From assembly GCA_050747245.1 (NCBI GenBank), contig JBOGNO010000006.1, positions 26,005-90,004 of the forward strand: a stretch of 64,000 nt of DNA, given 5' to 3'. The notes under the pieces are model-generated. The model was not told the origin of the DNA. It worked only from the letters and a program-made list of their open reading frames with translations, and searched no databases. This document shows, piece after piece, positions 28,820-38,576 of this stretch (position 1 is its first letter; each line of letters opens with the position of its first letter). A program made the translations under genes and the position numbers. Source of the DNA: Candidatus Acidiferrales bacterium. GTDB lineage: Bacteria; Acidobacteriota; Terriglobia; Acidiferrales; UBA7541.

Positions 28820-29803
28820 TCACATTGCCATGTTTTTGATTCGCTTCGCAATACACCAAATGAAGCCGAACGGGTCTTCCACGATGCCAATGCGATCTCC
28901 ATACGGCGCGTCCTCCATCGGCCTCACAATTCTTGCCCCGGCGCGAATCGCCTGCTCATACAGGGCATCCGCGTCTGGCACGTACATGTGAATCATCGAG
29001 TGCATGGGCTGACAGGGGCCGTGCGCTTCGCTCATTTCCAATATCGAATCGCCGATGCGGATTTTAGCGTGAAGCACTGTGCCCTCCGGCGATTTCGCCA
29101 CCTGGGCTTCTTCCGCGCCAAACGCTGCTCGAAGGAACGCGATGAAATCGGGCGTTCCTTGCGTATGCAAAAACATTGTCACAGATCGCAAGCCTTCCGG
29201 CGCGTGGCGCGTTTCGAGGTTCGTGGCGATGTACCAATCATTTCCGCACATGTCTTTCACGCCGGCTTCGCGGTCTCCGTACGGCTGGTTGACGGGCTCC
29301 GCTGTGGAGGTGGCGCCCGCCTCAATCGCGCGTTTGTAAACCGCGTCCGCGTCCTTCACATAAAGGTGAATTGCCGCTGGCGCGGGAGCCGCGCGGTCTT
29401 CGGGATCGCCAAGTTCCACCATCGAATCCGCAATACGGAGTTCGGCGTGCATGAGTGCGCCACTCGGCGCATTCACGTGCATGATTTCCTCCGCGCCGAA
29501 GGCCTGCTTCATAAATTCCATCAGTTTGTCGGCTCCGCGCACCGCCAAGTATGGCGTGAGTGTATGAAATCCTTCGGGAATGGGATTGACCGCTTTCTCT
29601 GCTTCTGCTGTCATCTCTGTTCTCCTTTCTAGGTCCGCATGGAGTGTCTTGCGAAATTCTTCGCGCGGCAATCCTTGCAGCTCCGCGGCTACCCGCGCGA
29701 GTGCTGAAAGCGCCGCAGCCTTTGATTTCGGCCGTGTCTCGCCGCGAGAGCATAGCGCCTGCACTTCCCTGTCGAGTTGTTCGTATCGCGAAATCTTAGC
29801 CAT
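28820..29803 (-). CDS. protein with two tandem VOC (glyoxalase/bleomycin-resistance) domains and a roughly 60 aa N-terminal extension
   Basis: The start is the internal ATG (MAKISRYEQ...), which overlaps the sigma gene stop by 8 nt. Two VOC repeats begin with PIPEGFHTLTPYLAVRGADKLMEF and RSVTMFLHTQGTPDFIAFL. Confidence 0.65.
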   Translation of the reverse strand: MAKISRYEQLDREVQALCSRGETRPKSKAAALSALARVAAELQGLPREEFRKTLHADLERRTEMTAEAEKAVNPIPEGFHTLTPYLAVRGADKLMEFMKQAFGAEEIMHVNAPSGALMHAELRIADSMVELGDPEDRAAPAPAAIHLYVKDADAVYKRAIEAGATSTAEPVNQPYGDREAGVKDMCGNDWYIATNLETRHAPEGLRSVTMFLHTQGTPDFIAFLRAAFGAEEAQVAKSPEGTVLHAKIRIGDSILEMSEAHGPCQPMHSMIHMYVPDADALYEQAIRAGARIVRPMEDAPYGDRIGIVEDPFGFIWCIAKRIKNMAM

Positions 29804-30344
29804 TGGTCTGACCCATGCGCTCGCGCAAATATTCGAGCGCGCGAAACTGCAACTGCTTGACGGCTCCCTCGGTCTTCCGAAGCTTCTGCGCGATTTCCCG
29901 GATGCTGTTTTCTTCCGCGAATCGCAGCACCACCACGCGGCGTTGCTCGGTCGGCAGCTCGTCAACTGCCCGGTAGAGCGCAGCGCGATCCTCGATTCCT
30001 GTGAGCTCCAGGTTGCTGGGCTCCCCTGATTCCTCCGGTCGCGGATTGCCTGCCTCATTGGCAAAACGCTTCCAGTGGTCCATCATGGCATTTGAGGCGA
30101 TCCGGTAGAGCCAGGAGTGGAATGGAATGCCACGCCATTCGAATTGCGGAAGATTTGCAAGCGCCTGATGAAAGACTTCGGACGTCACATCCTCCGCTTC
30201 CTGGCGATGCCGCACGCGTTTCAGCACAAACGCATACACGCGTTCGAGATTGCGTTCGTAGAGCTCCGCGAAGCAACGCGGATCCTTCTGCGCCGCTTCG
30301 ACAAGTTGCCGATCTCCGGATTCGGCGTTTTCAGGAGACTTCAA
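29796..30344 (-). CDS. RNA polymerase ECF-type sigma-70 factor
   Basis: Region 2 (LVEAAQKDPRCFAELYERNLERVYAFVLKRV) and region 4 (LPTEQRRVVVLRFAEENSIREIAQKLRKTEGAVKQLQFRA) are present. Confidence 0.85.
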   Translation of the reverse strand: MKSPENAESGDRQLVEAAQKDPRCFAELYERNLERVYAFVLKRVRHRQEAEDVTSEVFHQALANLPQFEWRGIPFHSWLYRIASNAMMDHWKRFANEAGNPRPEESGEPSNLELTGIEDRAALYRAVDELPTEQRRVVVLRFAEENSIREIAQKLRKTEGAVKQLQFRALEYLRERMGQTNG

Positions 30345-30466
30345 CCGGTTCTCCCTGACATTCGAATCTCAATAAGGTAAACCGCGCAGCTGTCAATTGG
30401 TTACGCCGAATTCTCGAAGAAATCCACATTTGAGGCGAGCAGTGCGAAATCTTTTCTGTAGTTAAA

Positions 30467-30964
30467 TCAATTGCGGGAATAGGTTTCCACGCCGGACATC
30501 GAAGTTGGTTGTACGCCGGGCATTTCCAGCTTGCGGCGGAGGATCAAAGTCCTCGCGTCATCCGAGAGCGCCCATTCTTCCTTGACGTGAAATTCTGAAC
30601 GCGGTGTCGCCCCTTCTGCGGGCGTTATATAGAGAACATCTGTAAAGAGTTTGCCGCTCTTAAGTTGCTCGGTCGCTTTCCTGAGTTTTCCATCCGCCCC
30701 CGTGTATTCGCCGGCTCCGGTCTTGAGTGAAAACTTGCTAAAACTCTTTTTTCCGCCCTCGACGCGTGTGATTTCCAGGCTATCGGAAGTCTGTTCGACC
30801 TTCAGTGTGGATCCTGCGTCCATGCTTACTGCGAATTGTCCTTCGGTTGCGATCAGCGAATAGTCGCCCGAAAAATTCTTGCCCTGTTTCTGGCTCGTCG
30901 CCGCGACAAATAAAAGCGCGCAAAGAAGAGATACCCTCCCGCTTCGCCGAAACGGCAAATCCAC
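30467..30964 (-). CDS. hypothetical secreted protein
   Basis: A GTG start lies 6 nt after GGAAAGGA. A signal peptide is present, and the gene sits directly downstream of the flotillin gene on the same strand. Confidence 0.45.
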   Translation of the reverse strand: MDLPFRRSGRVSLLCALLFVAATSQKQGKNFSGDYSLIATEGQFAVSMDAGSTLKVEQTSDSLEITRVEGGKKSFSKFSLKTGAGEYTGADGKLRKATEQLKSGKLFTDVLYITPAEGATPRSEFHVKEEWALSDDARTLILRRKLEMPGVQPTSMSGVETYSRN

Positions 30965-31010
30965 TCGCCTATCCTTTCCTCGCTCCAATCCGCATTTCTC
31001 GCGGCGATAG

Positions 31011-32990
31011 TTATTTCTTGTCGCCCGATTCCTTGCCCTTGCCATCGGACGCCCCGCCGCCGAGATATTTCATGGCCGTCGCCGCCAGGCCCTCGAAGGC
31101 TCCGCCGCCATTTGAGCCGCTAGCGACTAGTATTTCCGGCACAAATCTCGCGTGTCCTTCTGAGAGGGCCGTAACGATATTCACCAGCGCTGTCGGAACC
31201 GAACCGAGCGCCTTCACTTGCGCTTCATATCCTCGCGCGCGCGCCAGGCCAACCGCTTCCACTTCCGCACCCTTGGCCGTCCCGGTTTGCTGAATGAATT
31301 GCGCTTCGCCGCGAGCCTCTTCGGTGCGCGCATTAGCGTCGTTGGTTTTGATGTCCACACCCACCTTCGATTTTGCTAGCTCCGCCTGCATTTCGGCCGT
31401 GCCCTTCGCGTTTTCCATCGCGATGCGCTCGTCTTGAGCGGCGCGCTGCTTTTTGAATGTGTCGATCTCCTGGTTGGCGATTTCCCGCTGCGTGAGCACG
31501 CGCACCAGATCCTCCGGCAGGATCACATCCTGAATATAAACGCCGCGCGTCTCCACGTGGTACTGCTCGAGCTGCTCCTTGATGTGGTCGTATGCCACCT
31601 GCTGGACTTGTTGGCGCGTCTCGATAAATCGAATCGCCGGCATAGACTGCAACTTGTCGCGGAAATGATTGCCCACGGCTGCTTGCAAGACTTCGGTGAC
31701 CAGATTGCGCATCGTCCCCACCATCGAAATTACCCGGGGCGCATTCGTATCCGGCACGTGGATCTGCACCTGCAGGTCTATCTTGAAAACGAACCCCTCG
31801 TTGCTCTTCGCCACGATCTGCTGCAGTTGCGCGTCCAGTTTGTGCGCTTCCGAGGTCGCATCGGCCCAGTTCAGTGTGAGGATGAATGTCGGCACGATTT
31901 CTGGTTCGTAAATTCGCGGGTTGAGCGGATATTTCCCCGTGCGTAGCGGCTCTTCCCAAATCCCGCGATGTCCCGGACGCACCAATGATCCGAATTTAAA
32001 TTGCGGCCCGGAAGTATCCTGTGTCGGCAATCCCACGTAAGCCTTGATCACTGCCACCTGGCCTTGCTGCACTACCAGCATCGGCACCAACTCCACGCTT
32101 ACCAGAAAGGGGTTGAGTGCAAACGCGCCATAGAGCAGCGGATCGTGCTGCAATCCGATGTGCCCGCCGTTGTCCAGAAACGCCTGGTAATCCTGATAGT
32201 TGTTGTGCAGGTTGTTCTTGCTGCCCAGCAGGACCTCTATGACTTCTGTATCTGTGGCGTTCTTTTCTTCAAGCGGAGCAATGTCGGAAAACCCGCCCAG
32301 TCGGCTAGCGATGTCGCCAGAAGGCAGCGGGTCGCCTTCGTACGTCGTCACTAGCCCGATCACATCCAGCATCGCGCCGCTGGTGGCGCCGGCTTGCGGT
32401 TCGATACGCACCAGGTCGAGCTGTTGCGGCCTCAAACCAAAGGCCTCTGGCCCAATGCGTCCGTCCTTTCCCGTTTTTGCTCGCATGTCGGGTGACACCG
32501 GCAAGCCGTACACCTGCTGTTTCGTGACCACCAAGAATCCGACGGGATGAATCGGCACCAGCGATCCGGGTGTGAGCGCGGGCCGCTGAACACCCTTCTG
32601 CCCACCTTTGTCGAGAAAGCCGCGCAGGTCCGTGAAATTTCCGAATTCCTTCTTGTACGCTGCTGATTTCGCCCCGATCGGCAGCCGCGTCCCCACTTGG
32701 GCTATCACCACCCCGATTTGTCCAGCAGGAACCTGTACCCAGGGGAATTTGTCGACTCTGTAGAATCCCCACGCCTTCCAGCGCAGCCCGGGCATCAGCA
32801 TGTCCGCTTGATATCCCGCTTCGCCGCGGAGCGCGATGGGATCATCCTGCGTTAGCTTTCGGAACGACACGCGCTTCAGCACCAAGCCCACTTCCGTAGG
32901 CCCTACACGGCGAAATGACAAAATCACGTACACAAGTGCCGCCACAATCAGCACACCCATCCACTGCGCAATAGGAACGTCGAATAGCAT
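31011..32990 (-). CDS. flotillin-like SPFH/Band 7 domain protein
   Basis: An N-terminal TM segment is followed by an SPFH core and a long C-terminal coiled-coil/Ala-Glu-rich flotillin-type tail. Confidence 0.8.
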   Translation of the reverse strand: MLFDVPIAQWMGVLIVAALVYVILSFRRVGPTEVGLVLKRVSFRKLTQDDPIALRGEAGYQADMLMPGLRWKAWGFYRVDKFPWVQVPAGQIGVVIAQVGTRLPIGAKSAAYKKEFGNFTDLRGFLDKGGQKGVQRPALTPGSLVPIHPVGFLVVTKQQVYGLPVSPDMRAKTGKDGRIGPEAFGLRPQQLDLVRIEPQAGATSGAMLDVIGLVTTYEGDPLPSGDIASRLGGFSDIAPLEEKNATDTEVIEVLLGSKNNLHNNYQDYQAFLDNGGHIGLQHDPLLYGAFALNPFLVSVELVPMLVVQQGQVAVIKAYVGLPTQDTSGPQFKFGSLVRPGHRGIWEEPLRTGKYPLNPRIYEPEIVPTFILTLNWADATSEAHKLDAQLQQIVAKSNEGFVFKIDLQVQIHVPDTNAPRVISMVGTMRNLVTEVLQAAVGNHFRDKLQSMPAIRFIETRQQVQQVAYDHIKEQLEQYHVETRGVYIQDVILPEDLVRVLTQREIANQEIDTFKKQRAAQDERIAMENAKGTAEMQAELAKSKVGVDIKTNDANARTEEARGEAQFIQQTGTAKGAEVEAVGLARARGYEAQVKALGSVPTALVNIVTALSEGHARFVPEILVASGSNGGGAFEGLAATAMKYLGGGASDGKGKESGDKK

Positions 32991-33354
32991 GGGAGTAACT
33001 CCTCGCGAGCTTTCTCTTCGCTTTTATCCTGCTCCGCCTGTTCCTGCGAAGTCAAGCTACGTCGGTGCTGACGATTATGGCTGCATGGCCCTAACTTCTA
33101 TGCCCTTGCCACCGAACAGGGATTCAGTTGCGATTTCAACGGTAATTTCTGCCACGGTGCGGTAAGTGGACGAACCAAACACCGTCTCGTGCGTCTATCA
33201 GGATGGTGGGAAGGCTTTTCGTTAGGCGAGCCGATTGACCGCGAATTGCTCTGGCTTTCGCGATTGCGGAATTGTAGAATCCGGCTACCCCGTGCGCTTC
33301 ACCCCCCGCCCCAGACTGGGGTGCGGAATTTTCAACTTTTAAAGGAGGCCTGCT

Positions 33355-33831
33355 ATGGCCAGCTCCGTGAAACCGATTCCTGAAGGCTACCATTCACTCA
33401 TTCCGGCCCTCACTTGCCGCGACGCCGCGCGCGCCATCGACTACTACAAGAATGCGCTCGGTGCCGTGGAGGTGATGCGCATGCCGTCTCCCGATGGAAG
33501 GATCATGCACGCCGAATTGCGCATCGGCGACTCAACGCTGATGCTGGGCGATGAATATCCGGGCATGTCCGTCGCGCCTACCTCCGAACTACCGTCTAGC
33601 TCGCTATTCGTTTACCTGGAAGACGTGGACACGGTTTTCAACCGCGCCATCGCTGCCGGTGGAACCCTGGTCATGCCCGTGCAGAATATGTTCTGGGGTG
33701 ATCGCTACGGCAAGTTCAAGGACCCGTTCGGACATCACTGGGGCCTCGCCACTCACGTCGAAGATGTCGCGCCTGAAGAAATGGGCCGCCGCTCCGCCGA
33801 ATGGATGGCAAAGGCCGCGAAACAGGGATAG
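33355..33831 (+). CDS. VOC family protein (PhnB-like)
   Basis: PIPEGYHSLIPALTCRDAARAIDYY...HAELRIGDS is similar to the VOC domains at 28820. Confidence 0.8.
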   Translation: MASSVKPIPEGYHSLIPALTCRDAARAIDYYKNALGAVEVMRMPSPDGRIMHAELRIGDSTLMLGDEYPGMSVAPTSELPSSSLFVYLEDVDTVFNRAIAAGGTLVMPVQNMFWGDRYGKFKDPFGHHWGLATHVEDVAPEEMGRRSAEWMAKAAKQG

Positions 33832-34044
33832 CCGCAGGCGGATTTCCCGCTCCTTAGTTCGAATCTCCGGTGCGCTCGGGACGCTCGTCGTTCCGGGCGC
33901 TCGACCGCTGTAGCGCACGCAACCCTTCTTTTTCGCCGAAGCAGTAAACCATTGTTTCCGCATCTTTTCATACATTTCCGGCGAGTTTCTCTTTTCGTCC
34001 TGAAGAAGTATGCTTGTCCCCTTCGCGGTGAGGCGGACGACGCG

Positions 34045-34491
34045 ATGAATTCGATGTTCCGTTTTTTTCAAAGACCTCCGCAAGGCCCGGCGAGCATCCT
34101 GTTCATCCGGCTTGCCGTTGGACTAATTTTTTTCACGCAGGGAATTCTCAAATTCACGGATCCGAATATGGGTGTCAATCGCTTCACCAAGATCGGCTTC
34201 CCGCATCCCTCTTTCACCGCGCATTTTGTGGGAACTTTTGAAATCATTTGTGGCGTCCTTGTGTTAATCGGCTTGTGGACCCGCGCCGCGGCTTTTCCGC
34301 TGTTGATCGTAATTTCCACGGCCATCGCCAGCACAAAAATTCCGGAGCTCTTTCGAGCGAATCAGGGATTCTGGTTCATGGTCAGCGACGCTCGCACGGA
34401 TTTTGCCATGTTCTGCTCGCTGCTTTTTTTAATTGCCGCCGGCGGCGGAGCGCTCTCTTGGGATTCACGAAGAAATGCGCCGCCTCGTTAG
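34045..34491 (+). CDS. DoxX family membrane protein
   Basis: FIRLAVGLIFFTQGILKF and several TM helices are present. The start is uncertain (34045 or 34054). Confidence 0.65.
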   Translation: MNSMFRFFQRPPQGPASILFIRLAVGLIFFTQGILKFTDPNMGVNRFTKIGFPHPSFTAHFVGTFEIICGVLVLIGLWTRAAAFPLLIVISTAIASTKIPELFRANQGFWFMVSDARTDFAMFCSLLFLIAAGGGALSWDSRRNAPPR

Positions 34492-34501
34492 TGTGAATTG
34501 A

Positions 34502-36019
34502 ATGAAGCTGCTCGCGGAATCGCGCCGGCGTTTTCTGAAGGCTGCAGGTCTCGCCGCCGGAGCATATTTGTTTTCGGCGATCGATATTATCTCTGAAGCG
34601 AACTCCGCTACGCCGCGCAACGTATCCTCCGCTTTGAAAAACGAAACGGAGGCGGCGGATTACACCCTGCACATCAATGCGTCTCCCATAGAAATCGCAC
34701 CGCAGCGAATCATCTCCCTCACAACCTACAACGAGCAATTTCCGGGGCCGTTGCTGCGCTTCCAGGAAGGCAAGCGGGTCATCGTGGACGTGCACAACGA
34801 TTCGGATTCTCCCGAACAATTGCACTGGCATGGCCAGAAAGTGCCCGCGAATGTGGACGGCGCCTCGGAGGAAGGCACACCCTTCATTCCTGCGCACGGC
34901 AAAAGAAGGATCGAGTTTACTCCCCGTCCCGCGGGCTTTCGTTTTTATCACACGCACAGTCGCGCAGGTGCGAATCTGGCCGCGGGAATGTACGGCGGAC
35001 AAGTCGGCCCCGTGTACATCGAGCCTAAAAATGAACCCGGGAGATATGATCGCGAACTCTTTCTGCTGCTCAAAGAATTTGAGCCCACATTCAGCCGCGG
35101 CGGCGACATGGCCCAGGATTTTCTCTCCCCTGCGACGCGCGTCAAAGCGCTGGAAGACTCCGGCGAGTCGGCGATGAAAGTTTCGCTTGCAAAGGGCATG
35201 CCGCATGGCTACGAAGTCGGCTATGCGTCGTTCACGATCAATGGACGCATGCTCGGCCACGGAGAACCGATACGCGTGAAACAGGGCGAGCGCATGCTCT
35301 TTCACATCTTGAATGCCAGCGCGACGGAAATTCGCAGCCTGGCGTTGCCGGGCCATTTGTTTGAAGTCCTCGCGCTGGATGGCAATCCAGTGCCGAATCC
35401 TTGGCGTGTTCCAGTGCTCTGGCTGGGCACCGCGGAACGAATCTCTGCTGTTGTTGAGATGAATCATCCTGGCATTTGGATCCTCGGAGATCTCGATAAC
35501 GATGATCGCCATCATGGCATGGGCATCATCGTCGAATATGCGGGGCGCAAAGGCAAAGCAGAATGGATTGCGCCTCCGCCCTATCGGTGGAATTATGCGC
35601 ACTTTGCGAAAGCGGGCGCGGTTGCTGCTCCGCCGGACGACACGATTGAGATGATGATCGCGAAGGACAATGCCGCCGAAGAAGGATTCAACCGCTGGAC
35701 GATCAACGGGGTCGCCTTTTCGATGAGCGGTGAAACGGTTCCGGCGTCCTTCCATCTGAAGCAGGGCAAGCGCTATCGCATCCACATGCGCAATGCCAGC
35801 GACGACATTCATCCCATTCACCTGCACCGTCACAGTTTCGAGCTGACAAATCTGGCGGGAATGCCGACAGCGGGAATCATGAAAGATGTCGTGATGCTCG
35901 GCGGTTATCAGGAAGCCGAGATAGATTTCGTTGCCGACAATCCGGGGCTGACGCTCTTCCATTGTCACCAGCAGCTGCACATGGACTTCGGTTTCATGAC
36001 GCTCTTCGATTACGTGTAG
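34502..36019 (+). CDS. multicopper oxidase, Tat-secreted
   Basis: It has a twin-arginine signal (SRRRFLKAAGLAAGA). Copper sites are HWHG, HTHS, HPIHLHRH and HCHQQLHMDFGFM. Confidence 0.85.
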   Translation: MKLLAESRRRFLKAAGLAAGAYLFSAIDIISEANSATPRNVSSALKNETEAADYTLHINASPIEIAPQRIISLTTYNEQFPGPLLRFQEGKRVIVDVHNDSDSPEQLHWHGQKVPANVDGASEEGTPFIPAHGKRRIEFTPRPAGFRFYHTHSRAGANLAAGMYGGQVGPVYIEPKNEPGRYDRELFLLLKEFEPTFSRGGDMAQDFLSPATRVKALEDSGESAMKVSLAKGMPHGYEVGYASFTINGRMLGHGEPIRVKQGERMLFHILNASATEIRSLALPGHLFEVLALDGNPVPNPWRVPVLWLGTAERISAVVEMNHPGIWILGDLDNDDRHHGMGIIVEYAGRKGKAEWIAPPPYRWNYAHFAKAGAVAAPPDDTIEMMIAKDNAAEEGFNRWTINGVAFSMSGETVPASFHLKQGKRYRIHMRNASDDIHPIHLHRHSFELTNLAGMPTAGIMKDVVMLGGYQEAEIDFVADNPGLTLFHCHQQLHMDFGFMTLFDYV

Positions 36020-36072
36020 AAATCGCTGCCGTAGACGTTGCAGTCGCATCTCCGGTTTGAAATACTGGCCGA

Positions 36073-36429
36073 ATGTTCAGCGAAGCAGTCCTCGATCACT
36101 TCAAAAATCCGCGCAACGCGGGCGACTTGCCAAATGCATCGGCGACTGTGGAGGTTTCGAATCCCGTGTGCGGCGACATTCTTCGCTTAGCGGCTCGAAT
36201 TGAAAACGGAATCATCGCGGAAGTGCGGTTCAAAGCGCAGGGGTGCGTCACTTCGATTGCATCGAGTTCGATCGTCACGGAATTGATCCGTGGCAAGTCG
36301 CTTTCTGAAGTTCGCGGATTCACCGCGAAAGAAATTTCCGAAGCTCTCGGCGGATTGCCGGCAGCGACATTTCATGGCGCGCAACTCGCGGCCGATGCCG
36401 TTGCAGCGCTCGTCGCGCAACTGCGTTAA
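36073..36429 (+). CDS. NifU/IscU-like Fe-S scaffold domain protein (degenerate)
   Basis: Two of the three usual cluster-ligating Cys are present (NPVCGD, AQGCVTS). The third position reads ATFHGAQLA. Confidence 0.65.
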   Translation: MFSEAVLDHFKNPRNAGDLPNASATVEVSNPVCGDILRLAARIENGIIAEVRFKAQGCVTSIASSSIVTELIRGKSLSEVRGFTAKEISEALGGLPAATFHGAQLAADAVAALVAQLR

Positions 36430-37028
36430 GGCTTGACGACATCGGCGAGCGCGCGGCGCAGCGTTTCAGGATCGTTCAAATTCAGCAGGACTCCTTCTTC
36501 TTCTGTCGCGACCGCGAGAATTTCGTCCGGATGATTCCAGACAACTGCGCGAGCGCCGAGTTCGAGAGGCGCGGAGAGCAATTCTTCGTACAGCGTGCTG
36601 CGAAAAATCACCGGATGCCCGCGCTTGGCGCGATGCACAGGAAGGGTGACCGATTTTCCGCTCGCGTCGAACTGCTCGATCAGCTGCGCGACGAGTTCAG
36701 CGGTGATGAGCGGCTGATCCACGAGGCAGAGAAGCAGCCCTTCCGTTGCGTCGCGCGGCAGAGAACGAATCGCGGCTTGAATTGAGGAAAGCTGACCGTT
36801 CTCCCAATCCTCGTTCACGACGACCGCGGCGGGATCGAGTTTCGCTTCGCGCGCGATCAAATCCGCGTGGGCGCCGAGGACGACGCGAACGAATTCGATG
36901 CGCGGGTGGCGAACGACCTCGAGCAGATGCCCGAGGAACGTCGAGCTCCGGTAGGGCAGCAGCGCCTTGGGGCGGCCCATGCGGCGCGATTCGCCTCCGG
37001 AAAGAATCGCAGCAGCGAGCGGCCTCAA
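36426..37028 (-). CDS. molybdenum cofactor nucleotidyltransferase (MocA/MobA-like)
   Basis: The N-terminal nucleotide-binding motif is AAAILSGGESRRMGRPKALL. Confidence 0.75.
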   Translation of the reverse strand: MRPLAAAILSGGESRRMGRPKALLPYRSSTFLGHLLEVVRHPRIEFVRVVLGAHADLIAREAKLDPAAVVVNEDWENGQLSSIQAAIRSLPRDATEGLLLCLVDQPLITAELVAQLIEQFDASGKSVTLPVHRAKRGHPVIFRSTLYEELLSAPLELGARAVVWNHPDEILAVATEEEGVLLNLNDPETLRRALADVVKP

Positions 37029-37029
37029 A

Positions 37030-37860
37030 TCAGCGCCGCGTGACGCTGGAGATTTGGCCGACCTGCAGCAGCTTCGAAGGCGCGGCCGTTTGCGCGTTGC
37101 GGCGCACGGCGATCAATTCCGAAGCGATGCTGACGGCGATTTCTTCCGGCGTGAGCGCTCCGATTTCGAGTCCAACGGGCGCGTGCACGCGCTCGAATTT
37201 CTCGAGAGGGATGCCGGTTTTTTCGAGGGCCTTATAAATTTCGATGACTTTGCGTTTGCTGCCGATCATGCCGATGTACCGCGCTCCGGTTTTCACGGCC
37301 CATTCGAGGACGTGCATGTCCTCTTTGTGGCCGCGAGTGACGATGAGAAGATACGTCCACGCGCCGGGATGAATTTCCGCGTAGGCTTTTTCGAAGCTGG
37401 TGAAAATTTCGCTGGCCATGGGGAAGCGCTCGGCGTTGGCGAAACTTTCGCGATCGTCAACGACGCCGATTTCAAATCCGGCCTGGTGCGCGACGCGAGC
37501 CGTGGCCACGGAGACGTGTCCGCCGCCAAATAGATAAAGGCGCGGAGAAGGCAGGATAGGCTCTACGAAAATTTCCAGCGTGCCGCCGCAGATGAGTCCG
37601 GTGTCGAAAGTTGGTTCGTTATTCAGATTGAAAACCATTTTGCGCGAGGCTTCGCCGGAGATTACTTCCTTCGCGGCGGCCCAGACTTCGGCTTCGACGC
37701 ATCCGCCGCCGATGGTTCCGGCAATGGAGCCATCTTCGCGAACCAACATGCGCGAGCTTTCGAAGCTGGGGATGGAGCCGTTGACGTGGACGATGGTCGC
37801 GAGGGCTCCGCGCTGGCCGGCGCGCCGCATGCGAACGATTTCCTCAAAGATGTCCATCAC
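37030..37860 (-). CDS. XdhC/CoxI family molybdoenzyme maturation protein
   Basis: The XdhC N-terminal domain (LATIVHVNGSIPSFESSRMLV) is followed by a Rossmann-like domain (LYLFGGGHVSVA). Confidence 0.8.
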   Translation of the reverse strand: MMDIFEEIVRMRRAGQRGALATIVHVNGSIPSFESSRMLVREDGSIAGTIGGGCVEAEVWAAAKEVISGEASRKMVFNLNNEPTFDTGLICGGTLEIFVEPILPSPRLYLFGGGHVSVATARVAHQAGFEIGVVDDRESFANAERFPMASEIFTSFEKAYAEIHPGAWTYLLIVTRGHKEDMHVLEWAVKTGARYIGMIGSKRKVIEIYKALEKTGIPLEKFERVHAPVGLEIGALTPEEIAVSIASELIAVRRNAQTAAPSKLLQVGQISSVTRR

Positions 37861-38079
37861 GCTGCCTTCTTGATAGCGTAGGCCCGCCGGGGCGCTGCGT
37901 CAACCGGCTGGGGGCCAGAGATCGCGGGGCGAGAGCGGGGGCGGTTTGTGATTGATCTCCTCCAGGGATACTTGAGTACCAGAACCTGATTTGAAAATGA
38001 CTGTTTTGTACCGATTGATTTTTTGGATGTTGTTGATTTGTGGTGATTTAACGATGCAATCAATATTCTGGTGTAGCGA

Positions 38080-38295
38080 TTGATTTCTGCTAGAGGTCGG
38101 AGGTTCGAGATTGGAGATTGGAAAGCGATGCCCCATGTGAGCGGAGCACGATTGGTAGAGCTGGAATTCTTAATTCGCATAAGTGTCTCGATTAGAATTT
38201 GCTCCGATCGTTTGTTTTCAGTGAGTTAGCTCCAATGTTGTTTCCGAGAGTGTCTCGATTAGAGATTGCCTCCCGGGCATGAAATCCGATCGCGG
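38080..38295. repeat. cluster of short direct repeats in an AT-rich divergent intergenic region
   Basis: AGTGTCTCGATTAGA(A/G)(T/A)TTGC(-/C)TCC occurs at 38182 and 38249. GATTGATTT occurs at 38004 and 38088. GAGATTGGAGATTGG is a tandem 7-mer. The region 37970-38350 is visibly lower in GC than its surroundings. Confidence 0.4.
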
Positions 38296-38576
38296 AGGGG
38301 GCGTCTCTGCGGCCCCTGCTTAATCCGCTAGTTGGATTTGGCACGTTAAAAGCAGTAGAGCACAGGCTAACGGGGAAGTAAAGTACCGGGACTAGGTATT
38401 TTGTAGGTGCCGGGCAGCGTGCTCGGCGGCAGCAACAGCTATACTTCGGATGCGGAAAGCCAAATCAAGGCGGCTGTGGGCTGAAGCGCGTTTGAAGGGC
38501 AAAGCGTGCACACTGTATCTGGTCCTTACGTTTTATTATCGAAATGCATTTACATCGTACCCCACTGTGCAGAGCA

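Noticed and set aside
34382-36049. 555 aa ORF on the minus strand
   Set aside because: It lies entirely antisense to the well-supported multicopper oxidase gene. It is Arg-rich and low in complexity, as is typical of spurious antisense frames in high-GC DNA, and it has no motifs.
37861-38543. Insertion sequence or MITE in the AT-rich gap
   Set aside because: There is no transposase ORF and no clear terminal inverted repeats. Only short direct repeats are seen, so it is reported as a repeat-bearing regulatory region instead.
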